Shown: positions 9,699 through 20,780 of the stretch, piece after piece
Numbering within the stretch: position 1 is the stretch's first letter
Layout of the letters: each line of letters opens with the position of its first letter
NCBI GenBank assembly: GCA_963842085.1
Contig: CAWJET010000002.1
Coordinates: forward strand, 256,001-320,000
Length of the DNA: 64,000 bases
Direction of reading: 5' to 3'
DNA from: an uncultured delta proteobacterium
Lineage (GTDB): Bacteria > Desulfobacterota > Binatia > Binatales > Binataceae
The notes under the pieces: model-generated
What the model was told of the DNA's origin: nothing
What the model saw: only the letters and a program-made list of their open reading frames with translations
The model's database searches: none
Program-made: the position numbers and the translations under genes

Positions 9699-11456
9699 AT
9701 GTATCCGCGTAAGCGCGCGCTCGAGCGCATCGCGCGCGAAAAAGTGCTCTACCCGCGCCACCCCGGCGGCGACATCTCGGTCTGCGTCATCTATCCCAAC
9801 ACCTACCGGCTTGGCATGGCCAACCTCGGCTTCCAGGCCGTGTTCCGCATCTTCGAATCCGATCCATCGGTCGCCGCCGATCGCGCATTTCTCCCCGACG
9901 CCGACGAGCGCGACACCTTCCGCGCCGGCGGCGAGCGCCTCGTTTCTTTTGAGCGCGGCCGCCCGCTGTCCGACTTCGACATCCTGGCGTTTTCGATTTC
10001 CTTCGAGACTGATTATCTTAACGTCCTGAGCGTGCTGCGGATGGCCGGTATTCCGGCTCGCCGCGCCGATCGCGCGGGCCGCAATTTCCCGCTGATCGTC
10101 GCCGGCGGCTCCGCCGTTTTTCTCAATCCCGAACCGATCGCGGATTTCATCGATCTGTTTCTGGTCGGCGAGGGCGAGGAGATGGTCCCGGAGTTCATCG
10201 AGTGCTGGGACGCGACGCGCGGCTCGCCGAATCAACTGCGCGAACTCGCGTCCGTCGAGGGCGCGTACCTGCCCGATTTCTACTCGCCCGTTTACGACGA
10301 CGCCGGCCGTCTCGCCGCAGTGAATTACAACGGCCCCGGCGTCGCGCAGGTGAATCGCCGCCTGATCCGGGACCTCAACCGCTTCACTACTTCGTCGCTG
10401 ATTCTCACCGAGGAATCCGTCTTCGGCGACATGTTCCTGGTCGAGGCGAGCCGCGGATGCCAGTGGGGATGCCGCTTCTGCGCGGCCGGGTTCATGTATC
10501 GGCCGATCCGTTATCGCGCCCCCGAAACTCTCATCGCCGAGGCCGAGCGCGGTCTTGGCGAGCGCAAGGTAATAGGCCTGGTCGGCGCCGAGATGGCGAG
10601 CGTGCCCGGCGTCGCCGGGATCGCATCGGCGGTCGCTGATCGCGGCGGGCGGCTGTCGCCCTCGTCACTGAAGGCCGATTGCATTTCGCCCGCGCTCGCG
10701 TCGGCGTTGGCGCGCGGCGGAAATCAAAGCGTAACCGTTGCGCCAGAGGCCGGCAGCGAGCGGATGCGCAAGGTCATCAACAAGAATCTTACTGAAGCCG
10801 AAATTCTGGGCGCGGCCGATATGATGCTGGGCGAGGGCGTCGGCAACCTGAAATTCTATTTCATGATCGGTTTGCCCGAGGAGCGCGACGAAGACGTGCT
10901 TGCGATTGCCGAGCTCGTGGCCAAGGTGCTCGAGCGCGCCCGCACGCGCCGCACCCGCATCGGCTCGGTGACCGTGTCGCTCAATCCGTTTGTGCCCAAG
11001 CCGTGGACGCCGTTTCAATGGGATCCGATGCAGGACGCACGCTCGATCAAGCGCAAGGTCGCGATGCTGCGCCGATGCCTCACGCGCCTGGGCCAGGTCG
11101 AACTCGACGCGGAATCGCCGCGCGAGGCGTACTTCCAGACGATGGTCTCGCGAGGCGATCGCCGCGTCGGCGGCATCCTCGAACGGCTGGAAGCGGCGGG
11201 ATGCGACAGCGCCGGACCCATCTGGCACGAGCTATCGAAGATTCATCGCGAGGTCCGGTCGGGAGAGACATCATCGCTGCCCGATCCCGATATCTTCGTC
11301 ACCCGCCATTACGGCCACGACGAGCTGCTGCCGTGGGACTTTATCGATCATCACATTCATAAGTGGTTTCTGCTCGCCGAACGAAAGAAGGCGCACCACG
11401 AGCACCAGAGCCCCCCGTGCGACGTGGAGCGATGCACCGTGTGCGGAGCCTGCTAG
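9699..11456 (+). CDS. Radical SAM protein (YgiQ/TIGR03960-like architecture)
   Basis: YPNTYRLGMANLG, ASRGCQWGCRFC (CxxxCxxC), APEAGSERMR, FVPKPWTPFQW, C-terminal C-x4-CxxCGAC. Confidence 0.85.
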   Translation: MYPRKRALERIAREKVLYPRHPGGDISVCVIYPNTYRLGMANLGFQAVFRIFESDPSVAADRAFLPDADERDTFRAGGERLVSFERGRPLSDFDILAFSISFETDYLNVLSVLRMAGIPARRADRAGRNFPLIVAGGSAVFLNPEPIADFIDLFLVGEGEEMVPEFIECWDATRGSPNQLRELASVEGAYLPDFYSPVYDDAGRLAAVNYNGPGVAQVNRRLIRDLNRFTTSSLILTEESVFGDMFLVEASRGCQWGCRFCAAGFMYRPIRYRAPETLIAEAERGLGERKVIGLVGAEMASVPGVAGIASAVADRGGRLSPSSLKADCISPALASALARGGNQSVTVAPEAGSERMRKVINKNLTEAEILGAADMMLGEGVGNLKFYFMIGLPEERDEDVLAIAELVAKVLERARTRRTRIGSVTVSLNPFVPKPWTPFQWDPMQDARSIKRKVAMLRRCLTRLGQVELDAESPREAYFQTMVSRGDRRVGGILERLEAAGCDSAGPIWHELSKIHREVRSGETSSLPDPDIFVTRHYGHDELLPWDFIDHHIHKWFLLAERKKAHHEHQSPPCDVERCTVCGAC

Positions 11457-11492
11457 AATAGGCGCGTAAGTAGAGGAGGGGAGGAGAGGAAG

Positions 11493-12173
11493 ATGGTTCA
11501 TCGTGATTTTCGTTCAGCGCGGATGACGGCTCTGTTGGCCGCGGCCGTGGCGCTGCTCGCGTGGTCGGCGCCGTCCTTCGCGGCAGGAATCGGCGAGGAA
11601 GATGTTCCCGCGACCACGATTGTCCCCGCCGGCGGCGGGAGCGCACCCGCGACAGTCAATTCTCCAGCTCCGGCCACGACGCCATCGGCGCCAGCCGAAT
11701 CCGGCGTAACGTCGATGCCCGGGCCGAAGCCGAAATCCACCACGCATCACGCGTCGAGCAGAAACACTATCCGCGAACCGGAAATCGAACCGGCGGATGC
11801 GCGGCTGAAAGTGCTCCAGGTGTGGCCGGTCTATTCGGCGCCCGCAAAAAGCAGCAAGCATATCGAGCAACTGACGCCCGACAAATTCGTCGTCGTGACG
11901 GGCTCCACCCACTATTATCTGCAGGTCAAGCTGAAGAGCGGGCAGACCGGCTACATCGAGCCGTCAGCGGTCGAATTGGTCAAGCCGGTCGACAAGGTCT
12001 TCATGCTCACTCACGACGCCGGCGTGCTGGAAAAGCCGAATCGATGGAGCAAGAAACTGTCCGAGGTTCACCAGGGCCACAACGTTCACGTCGTCGGCCT
12101 CGCGCTGAACTACATGCAAATCCGCATGAAGAGCGGACTCGAAGGCTTCATCCCGATGACCGCGTTGGAATAG
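11493..12173 (+). CDS. Secreted protein with Pro/Ala/Thr linker and two SH3-like domains
   Basis: Signal peptide (APSFA), low-complexity linker, repeated YLQVKLKSGQTGYI / YMQIRMKSGLEGFI. Confidence 0.7.
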   Translation: MVHRDFRSARMTALLAAAVALLAWSAPSFAAGIGEEDVPATTIVPAGGGSAPATVNSPAPATTPSAPAESGVTSMPGPKPKSTTHHASSRNTIREPEIEPADARLKVLQVWPVYSAPAKSSKHIEQLTPDKFVVVTGSTHYYLQVKLKSGQTGYIEPSAVELVKPVDKVFMLTHDAGVLEKPNRWSKKLSEVHQGHNVHVVGLALNYMQIRMKSGLEGFIPMTALE

Positions 12174-12266
12174 TCGCCGACGCCATCGGCTGCGCGCACC
12201 GCTCGAGCTTTTCGCACTCGACGCTCCGCCGTCGTGTCGCTATAAGTCTCAGCGAGGGAGCATCTG

Positions 12267-13517
12267 ATGACGCAGCGGGAACGGCAAGGTTGGATCATCG
12301 TCGCGAGCCTCTTTGTCGTGCTGATGTTCGTTTTCGGCTCGGGTTATAACACCGGCGGTCTGTTCTTTCCGCATCTGCTGAAACATTTCGGATGGCCGCG
12401 CGCACAACTCTCGACGCTCCAGGGCGCCGCGCTGCCGTTGTCCGCCGGGCTTAGCGCTCCGCTGATCGGATGGCTGCTCGATCGCGTCGAGGCGCGAATC
12501 GTGATGGTGGCCGGGGCGATCATGACGGGCGTATCTTTTCTCATCGCGAGCCGCGTCGATTCGTTCGGCCCGCTGTTCGGCGCCTACGTCCTGCTTGGCG
12601 TCGGCATCGGCGCATCGACGCTGTTGCCGTGCTCGCTCGTGATCGCCAACTGGTTCGGCGCGCGGCGTGGGCTTGCGATGGGCCTGACGTTCGCCGGCAC
12701 CTCGCTCGGCGGTGCGGCGATGACGATGGTCGGCAACTTCGCGATTCTGCGGGGCGGATGGCGCGCGGGTTACGTCGCGCTGGCGATTCCGATGTTCGTC
12801 GTTGTCGTCCCGCTGATAATCATCGTCGTGCGGACCCGACCGCCGCAGGACGAGGGTGTCACCTTTGCGCAGGCCAGCGACGCGTTGCCCGGCTTCGAAC
12901 TGCGCGAAGCGTTGCGCTCGCGTTCGTTCTGGATGATTTCCGCGGCGCAGTTCTTCTTCGCCGCGGTCGCGGCCGGCGCGGGCTTACATCTGATCACTTA
13001 TCTCACCGAGCTCGGCTACTCGCCGTCGTTCTCGGCCGGCATGATGAGCCTGGTGCTCGTGTTCGCGGCCTTCGGCAAGCTGGGGATGGGCCTGTTTGCC
13101 GATCGCGTGAGCGCGAGAATCGCGCTGAGCTTCAACTTTCTCGCCGCGTGTGTCGGGATGATCCTGATATTCGGCGCGGCGCGAACCGCCCTGCTGATTC
13201 CTTTCGTGCTGGTTTTCGGATTGTCGCTCGGCGCGCCGTTGGTGCTGGTTCCGATGCTGGTGGCGGAGTCGCTCGGGCTCAAGCGCTTCGGCTCCATCGG
13301 CGGCATCGCGGGCATCTTCAACACGATCGGCGCGTTCGTCGGCCCGGTCGGCGCGGGCAAGATTTACGATCTGACTGGCAGCTACGCGCCCGCCTTCAAA
13401 GTATTCGTTGTGATGTGCCTGCTCGGCGCGGCGGTAAGCTATTCGTGTCGATCGCTGGAGTCGGAGCAAGCCCGACAGCCCTCCGCACCCGTTCCTGCTA
13501 CGGCAGGCGCGCGGTAA
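12267..13517 (+). CDS. MFS transporter (OFA-like)
   Basis: About 12 TM segments; GWLLDRVEAR, NWFGARRGLAMG, GLFADRVSAR. Confidence 0.88.
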   Translation: MTQRERQGWIIVASLFVVLMFVFGSGYNTGGLFFPHLLKHFGWPRAQLSTLQGAALPLSAGLSAPLIGWLLDRVEARIVMVAGAIMTGVSFLIASRVDSFGPLFGAYVLLGVGIGASTLLPCSLVIANWFGARRGLAMGLTFAGTSLGGAAMTMVGNFAILRGGWRAGYVALAIPMFVVVVPLIIIVVRTRPPQDEGVTFAQASDALPGFELREALRSRSFWMISAAQFFFAAVAAGAGLHLITYLTELGYSPSFSAGMMSLVLVFAAFGKLGMGLFADRVSARIALSFNFLAACVGMILIFGAARTALLIPFVLVFGLSLGAPLVLVPMLVAESLGLKRFGSIGGIAGIFNTIGAFVGPVGAGKIYDLTGSYAPAFKVFVVMCLLGAAVSYSCRSLESEQARQPSAPVPATAGAR

Positions 13518-13518
13518 T

Positions 13519-14046
13519 TCACGACGTCCGCGGAAGCCGGTCCGGTGAGGGCCGCTTGAAGAAGAGCCGGTACAGCGCGCCCTCGCCCATCGCTCTCTCG
13601 ATCTCCTGCATCACCAGATAGACGAAAACGACCAGGCTGATAAGCAGCACCAGGCCCATGAAGCGGTCAACATTCGCGTTGGCGATCAGATTGGAAACCG
13701 CTTCGCCCAGACTCCCGGCCTCGCGATACGCGTGGAAGATCTTCTCGCCTATCCCCAACACGATCACGACCAATGCGTAAAGAAACGTCTTGCATGCGAC
13801 CACGACGATGCGCCGATGGGTGTTATCAGCATTGTGCCCGGATTCCGCCCAGTTAAGCAGCGCGACCACTTTGCCGATAATCAGCGCAGCCACGGCGGCC
13901 TTGGCGAAGGCGGAGAATTCGATCTCGTATTGCGAGACGAAGAGTTTGAACATCAGGCCGATCAGCAGGAACGCGATGAAGAAGAAAAGGACCACCGGCG
14001 CCATCTCGCGGAATAAGCCGACAAAGAACCGCTTGATCGATTGCAT
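13519..14046 (-). CDS. Hypothetical integral membrane protein (about 4 TM)
   Basis: Hydrophobic helices; plausible coding ORF between the MFS gene and vapC. Confidence 0.7.
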   Translation of the reverse strand: MQSIKRFFVGLFREMAPVVLFFFIAFLLIGLMFKLFVSQYEIEFSAFAKAAVAALIIGKVVALLNWAESGHNADNTHRRIVVVACKTFLYALVVIVLGIGEKIFHAYREAGSLGEAVSNLIANANVDRFMGLVLLISLVVFVYLVMQEIERAMGEGALYRLFFKRPSPDRLPRTS

Positions 14047-14092
14047 AATTGCTTCTCGCGAGTGCTCCTATTCAGCGAGCAGGTCTAGCGCA

Positions 14093-14506
14093 CTAACGGC
14101 CGGCCGTTGGGTCCACCACTCGGAGGCCCGAAAAATATCGACGGTAGAAACCCCGATCGCGGGTAAGGAGACGGTCGGCGGTGACCAGGGCGTGCGCGCC
14201 GATCAGAAAATCGGCAGCAATCCGGTCGCGCCGGCCTCCGCCTGCCCGGTACCGGCGCCAAGCCTGCGCCGCTCTAGTCGCCGCCGCCTCCGTCATGGGT
14301 GAGAACGCGGCCGGCAGCTTCTTCATCGCCTCCCGAAAACGTCCCGCGTCGCCAAACACAGTGGCCGTCTCGGCCCATACCAGCTCGGAAGCGACCAGTG
14401 CGCCCTGCCTCAAGCATTCTCGCAGAGCCTCAGACGAGGCCGGTGCAAATTTTGGGTCGGCGCCAAACACATCCAGCAGGACATTGGTATCGACGGCGGT
14501 GATCAC
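14093..14506 (-). CDS. vapC: PIN-domain VapC toxin
   Basis: AVDTNVLLD, ADFLIGAHA, LLTRDRGFY. Confidence 0.9.
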   Translation of the reverse strand: MITAVDTNVLLDVFGADPKFAPASSEALRECLRQGALVASELVWAETATVFGDAGRFREAMKKLPAAFSPMTEAAATRAAQAWRRYRAGGGRRDRIAADFLIGAHALVTADRLLTRDRGFYRRYFSGLRVVDPTAGR

Positions 14507-14724
14507 GGACGCCCGCGAAGCTGCGCCATTACGGCGTCAGTGTTGAGTCTCCTGCCCAGACATCCGTACACCTCTTTAACCGGATCGATGCCGCCGGTTT
14601 TGACCGCGACCAGTCTTCCGTGTTCTTCGCTGAACTCGAGTACCGTCCCGGGTTTTACTCCCAGCCTTTCCCGCAGCCGTTTCGGAATCGTCACCTGGCC
14701 GCGTTCCGCGACACGCGCTTTCAT
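14503..14724 (-). CDS. AbrB/MazE-type antitoxin (VapB)
   Basis: MKARVAERGQVTIPKRLRERLGVKPGTVLEF; GTGA overlap with vapC. Confidence 0.88.
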   Translation of the reverse strand: MKARVAERGQVTIPKRLRERLGVKPGTVLEFSEEHGRLVAVKTGGIDPVKEVYGCLGRRLNTDAVMAQLRGRP

Positions 14725-14749
14725 ACTTTTCACGTATGAAAGTATGAAA
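14719..14749. promoter_or_regulatory. TA autoregulatory operator TTTCATACTTT-N9-AAAGTATGAAA
   Basis: Perfect 11-bp inverted repeat overlapping the antitoxin start; also contains the direct repeat GTATGAAA x2. Confidence 0.65.
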
Positions 14750-14754
14750 TATAT

Positions 14755-15374
14755 TCACGAATTATTCAAGCGAGTCAGGGCGAGAATCGAGCGGACTTTG
14801 GCGCTGATGTCGGGGGCGCTCACCACGTCGGTGATAATCGCGGCGGCGTCGGCGCCGGCGGCGAGAGTCTCGGCGACGCGCGCTTCGGTGATCCCGCCGA
14901 TCGCGACGATTGGAATCTTCACCGCGGCGCGGATCGCGCGAAGGTTGTCGAGGCCCTGCCCACTGGCGATGTGTTTGAGGCCGCCTGCGTACATCGGGCC
15001 GAATCCGATGTAATCCGCGCCGCCGCTTTCGGCTGCGCGCGCCTGCTCGACGGTGTGGGTCGAGATGCCGATTATCATGCCGGGGCCGATTCGCCGCGCC
15101 GCCTCGAGCGGGAGATCTTGCTGCCCTAGATGCACTCCGTGGGCGCCGGCGAGAATCGCGATATCGACCCGGTCGTTGACGATCAGAATGGCGCCGCGCT
15201 TGCGGCACATCTCGGCAATCGCACGCGCGGTCGCCAGGAAGTCGCGCCCGGGCGCACCCTTCAGGCGCAACTGCATGATTCGCGCGCCCGCCTGGAGCAA
15301 GGTCTCGGCCAGTGAAACCGGCTCGTGCCCGCCGGCGGGATCTACCATCGCGTAAAAATGCGAGGGGAGCCGCG

Positions 15375-15378
<4 letters not shown>
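14755..15378 (-). CDS. thiE: Thiamine-phosphate synthase
   Basis: From ATG 15378: QLRLKG, LIVNDRVDIA, GVHLGQQDLP, IGISTHT, ADYIGFGP, VAIGGI. Confidence 0.93.
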
Positions 15379-16898
<1,520 letters not shown>

Positions 16899-17367
16899 GG
16901 GCTACAATCGTAACAGTAAGTTCGATCTTGTCGCCAATGGCGTGAGGATCGCCCAAAATATAAGCATTAGGCCGCGGTTACGAGTGGAAGCGGGCAATTT
17001 TGACCGGTCGATTAACCGGAAATTGGGAAAACATACAATACATTGTGGTCTAAGGACGACTGCGGTCTACGGGTGGGTTCGTTCCGTCAAAATTAATATT
17101 TCGCGCGGCGAGGGCGTCGTGTCGCCGCTGGTGAGTCATCGCGGGGCTTTTCGGGCGAATGGCGAGCGTGTGGCATCGTGGTTGTTGACCGTAAGCGATG
17201 GTGGCACGGGGGGCGCTCCGGCGTAAGGCTGAACAGTTCATGCCTGAACATTCGCGGACCTCGGCTGCGCCGAAAACTTGGCCTGGAGGCGAGCTTTAAC
17301 CTCCGGGCGTGATCGCAGAGGCAGAATCTTGAATCGCGCGCGAAAAAAATCACGCGCTGCGTAAGGA

Positions 17368-17400
17368 CCCTCACCTTCATCCTTCCCTTGCAGGGCGAGG
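17368..17400 (+). repeat. Degenerate CCCTCACC..CCTTCCC..GGGCGAGG REP-like hairpin
   Basis: Resembles the widespread CCCTCACCC..CCTCTCCC..GGGAGAGG intergenic repeats; a related hairpin lies at 30092-30120. Confidence 0.4.
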
Positions 17401-17444
17401 AAACAGCAGGGGAACAATCGCGTGCCCTCTGGCGAGCGAGTGAT

Positions 17445-17977
17445 AACCGGTACCGGCTTCGCTTACGCGAAGCTGTCCGAGATCCTTCCTCAGCTCGCGT
17501 CGCTCGCGTCGTCAGGATGACAGATGGGCGTTGCTCGCGTTGGTCAGGATGACAGATGGGCGTTGCTCGCTTCGGTCAGGATGACAAGGATGGGGAGGCA
17601 GCGACTCAAAACCGGTACCGGCTTCGCTTACGCGAAGCTGTCCGAGATCCTTCCTCAGCTCGCGTTGCTCGCGTCGTCAGGATGACAGATGGGCGTTGCT
17701 CGCGTCGTCAGGATGACAGATGGGCGTTGCTCGCGTTGGTCAGGATGACAGATGGCGGTTGCTCGCTTCGGTCAGGATGACAAGGATGGGAGGCAGCGAC
17801 TCAAAACCGGTACCGGCTTCGCTTACGCGAAGCTGTCCGAGATCCTTCCTCAGCTCGCGTTGCTCGCGTCGTCAGGATGACAAGATGGGCGTTGCTCGCG
17901 TCGTCAGGATGACAAGATGGGCGTTGCTCGCGTCGTCAGGATGACAGATAGGCGTTGCTCGGTTCGGTCAGGATGAC
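17445..17977 (+). repeat. Hierarchical REP-like direct-repeat array (left): 3 head units followed by 31-32 nt subunits ending GTCAGGATGAC (11 copies)
   Basis: Head AACCGGTACCGGCTTCGCTTACGCGAAGCTGTCCGAGATCCTTCCTCAGCTCGCG at about 17445, 17610 and 17805; subunit GATGGGCGTTGCTCGCGTYGTCAGGATGACA. Confidence 0.92.
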
Positions 17978-17983
17978 GTTCAA

Positions 17984-19138
17984 ATGAAACGAGTTTGCAT
18001 TCCGTTTGCCGCAGCATTATTGCGCCAGTATATTTGCGCTGGGATTTCGCGGATGGGCGGGGATGGGATTCTGATGAAGTGTGCGCGCCGAAGGCGGCGC
18101 GATTACCCGATCAGCACACTCCTCGCCGGGCCAATACTGGCGGGTGTTGCGGTTCTCCTGATTGCTTCGAGCGCATCGGCGCATCCGTTTCGGTACGTAA
18201 CGCATCCCAAGGGCTTGGTCGATTACTGGCCGCGGTGGTCGCCGGACGGGAAGACCATTCTTTTCAGCCGCTGCGATATCTCCACCGGATGTGCCGGAGG
18301 GGCAGCGGCGGGATTCTGGAAACTGTTCACAGTTCCAGCAAATGGCAGCGGCCATCCGACCGAGTTCCTTGAAATCGAGGATGTCTCGGCGACGCGGTCG
18401 AATTGGCTGTGGACCTCCGATGTTGCTACGCCGATCGCGTTCACTGGCGTTAAGTCCGGGCCGGCCGGCATGAGCGGCGTCTATCTTGTCGATAGCGATG
18501 GCAGCGGGCCGACGCCGCTGCCGACCGCGGACTCGATTCCCAACGGTTATCCTTCGTGGTTTCCCGACGGTTCCGCGCTCGCGGTCGAGGGCTCAAGCCC
18601 GCCGTTTATCGATCTGGTCGGCGTGCCCGATGGGACGCTGTTGCAGACCGAGACTTCAACCGACCAGATCTGGACCGGCGAATCCGCGATATCGCGCGAC
18701 GGAGCCGAGATTGCCTTCGCGGGGCAGATGCCCGAAGCGGGCAGTCAGTACGATGACGATCAGAATCAGATTTGGCTCCAGGCGCTCATCCCGGCCAACC
18801 CTCCGTCGGACTTCGATACGGGACTGCATCAGCTCGATCCGCTGCAGGCGCGCACTCCCGATTGGTCGCCGAACGATCGCTTCCTGACGTTTGAGTCAAG
18901 GCGCGGATGCGTCAACGGCAACTACGCGATTTTCATCGAAGCGGCCACGACCGGCAAAGCCGTGCAGGTGACCGATTGCCGGCTGAACGCCAATCACGCG
19001 GTGTGGGCGCCGGATGGTCGGCGCTTCGCATTCTCGGCGGAATATTTCTCGCCGAAGTCGTCGTGTGGGATGGGATGCCGAGGAATCGCGATCGCGCCGG
19101 TGCCGAACAAGATTTTGAAGATTGGGACCGCGGACTAG
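17984..19138 (+). CDS. Secreted TolB-like/PD40 beta-propeller protein
   Basis: Signal-like ILAGVAVLLIASSASA; repeats PRWSPDGKTILF, PSWFPDG, PDWSPNDRFLTF, AVWAPDGRRFAF; the true start may be 18074. Confidence 0.8.
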   Translation: MKRVCIPFAAALLRQYICAGISRMGGDGILMKCARRRRRDYPISTLLAGPILAGVAVLLIASSASAHPFRYVTHPKGLVDYWPRWSPDGKTILFSRCDISTGCAGGAAAGFWKLFTVPANGSGHPTEFLEIEDVSATRSNWLWTSDVATPIAFTGVKSGPAGMSGVYLVDSDGSGPTPLPTADSIPNGYPSWFPDGSALAVEGSSPPFIDLVGVPDGTLLQTETSTDQIWTGESAISRDGAEIAFAGQMPEAGSQYDDDQNQIWLQALIPANPPSDFDTGLHQLDPLQARTPDWSPNDRFLTFESRRGCVNGNYAIFIEAATTGKAVQVTDCRLNANHAVWAPDGRRFAFSAEYFSPKSSCGMGCRGIAIAPVPNKILKIGTAD

Positions 19139-19152
19139 TCGCGAGCGGTAAG

Positions 19153-19425
19153 AACCGGAACCGGCTTCGCTTGCGCGAAGCTGTCCGAGATCCTTCCTCA
19201 GCTCGCGTTGCTCGCTTCGGTCTGGATGACAAGATAGGAGGCAGCGACTCAGAACCGGAACCGGCTTCGCTTACGCGAAGCTGTCCGAGATCCTTCCTCA
19301 GCTCGCGTCGCTCGCGTCGTCAGGATGACAGATGGGCGTTGCTCGCTTCGGTCGGGACGACAGATGGCGGTTGCTCGCGTCGTCAGGATGACAGATGGAC
19401 GTTGCTCGGTTCGTTCAGGATGACA
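19153..19425 (+). repeat. Hierarchical REP-like array (right): 2 head units, 5 GTCAGGATGAC-type subunits
   Basis: Same head and subunit sequences and same orientation as 17445-17977. Confidence 0.9.
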
Positions 19426-19436
19426 GGGCTAGCTTC

Positions 19437-20537
19437 TCAGTTGGAGCGGTTTACGGACGACGTCATCGGGAGCGTCACCTTGAAGGTCATCCCATGGGAG
19501 GCCGCTGTGCCCTTGGCGCGATCGACGCCGCCGCGTTGGGCCCACAGCCTGCCGCCGTGCAGCGCGATGATTCGCTGGCATAGCACGAGGCCGAGGCCGG
19601 TTCCCGCGGGCTTGGTGGTGAAGAATGGCGTGAACAGTTGCGCGAGCTGATCCTCGGCGATGCCGACGCCGCTGTCGCTGACCTCGACCCGCAGGAACTG
19701 GCGCCGCCGCCCCTCCGCCGACATCCTGAACTCGGTTTCGATTCGGGTATGCAGCCGAATTGTGCCCGACGAGCCGATTGCTTCCGCCGCGTTCTTGATC
19801 AGATTCAGGAAGGTACGTTCCAGCGCGCTCGCGTCGCCAACCACGTCCGGCAGGCTGGGATCGAAATCCTGGAGCACCTCGACACCCTCGGGCGGATCCG
19901 GATACAGCCCCGCCATGCGCATCGCCTGGTGGAGCACCATGTGTATGTTGACCGGCTCCTGCGCCAGGCGTTGCGGTCCGCTGACCATCAGCACTTGCTC
20001 GACCAGCGAGGCGATCCGGTTGACGCCATCGAGGATCACGCCGCAGTACTGCTGCGCGCGTCCATCATCGGGAAACATCCCGGCCATCAACTCCGCCGCT
20101 CCCTTGATTCCGGTCAGTGGATTCTTGACCTCATGAGCCAGACCCGCCGGCGACAGCCGCAGGCTCAAGTCACCGGTGGTGGCGGCCTCGGCCGCGCCTT
20201 TTTCGTGAGACAGGTCGTGAAGCAGGATGATGACGCCCCCGGGCCGTCCCTCGGCGTTCAGCAGGGGCGATACCTCGGCGCGGACGGCCAGTTCCCGGGG
20301 CCCCGTCGTCAGGACTGTTTCCATGTCACCGAGGGCTTGGCCGCTTTCCAGGCACGCGCCCATCATCCGCCCCAACCAGTCGTTCTGGCGCACCAGGTCA
20401 GCCATGGTCGCGGCGCTCACCTGCGAAACCCCAAGCATCGTCTCTGCGGCCGGATTAACGACCTGCGGCTCCATCGCAGGCGAAAGCACGATGATCGCAT
20501 CGGTCAGACTGTCGATAATGTCGTGCCAGAGATTCAA
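19437..20537 (-). CDS. ntrB: PAS-domain sensor histidine kinase, NtrB-like
   Basis: PAS (VNPAAETMLG), H-box AHEVKNPLTGIKGAA, FDPSLP, NLIKNAAEA, PFFTTKPAGTGLGL. Confidence 0.82.
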   Translation of the reverse strand: MNLWHDIIDSLTDAIIVLSPAMEPQVVNPAAETMLGVSQVSAATMADLVRQNDWLGRMMGACLESGQALGDMETVLTTGPRELAVRAEVSPLLNAEGRPGGVIILLHDLSHEKGAAEAATTGDLSLRLSPAGLAHEVKNPLTGIKGAAELMAGMFPDDGRAQQYCGVILDGVNRIASLVEQVLMVSGPQRLAQEPVNIHMVLHQAMRMAGLYPDPPEGVEVLQDFDPSLPDVVGDASALERTFLNLIKNAAEAIGSSGTIRLHTRIETEFRMSAEGRRRQFLRVEVSDSGVGIAEDQLAQLFTPFFTTKPAGTGLGLVLCQRIIALHGGRLWAQRGGVDRAKGTAASHGMTFKVTLPMTSSVNRSN

Positions 20538-20780
20538 ATTAATCCCCGGTCAGTCGCCTAGGGCCGGCCCGGTAATCGACGGTAACACAAAGAACTCGAT
20601 CGGCTGAAACTTGACGTAGCGACTATTGCCGCCTTCCAGCGCCAAGATTGATGCGCATTTGCAAGGATTTATTAAACATTAGGCTCTTCGAGATTAGATT
20701 TTTTAATAGTTTATCCACTGCGATTCGGTTGATCCCGGTCGTATCGGTCGGTACGGTTGGGGTCAACTTCTCGGGGGAGA

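Noticed and set aside
17556-17944. Short ORFs translated from the repeat array (MGVARFGQDD...), and 18907-19650
   Set aside because: Products of repeat sequence or shadow frames, with no coding signature
17445-19425. CRISPR array interpretation of the 31-32 nt periodic repeats
   Set aside because: Subunits are contiguous with no unique spacers, and no cas genes are present
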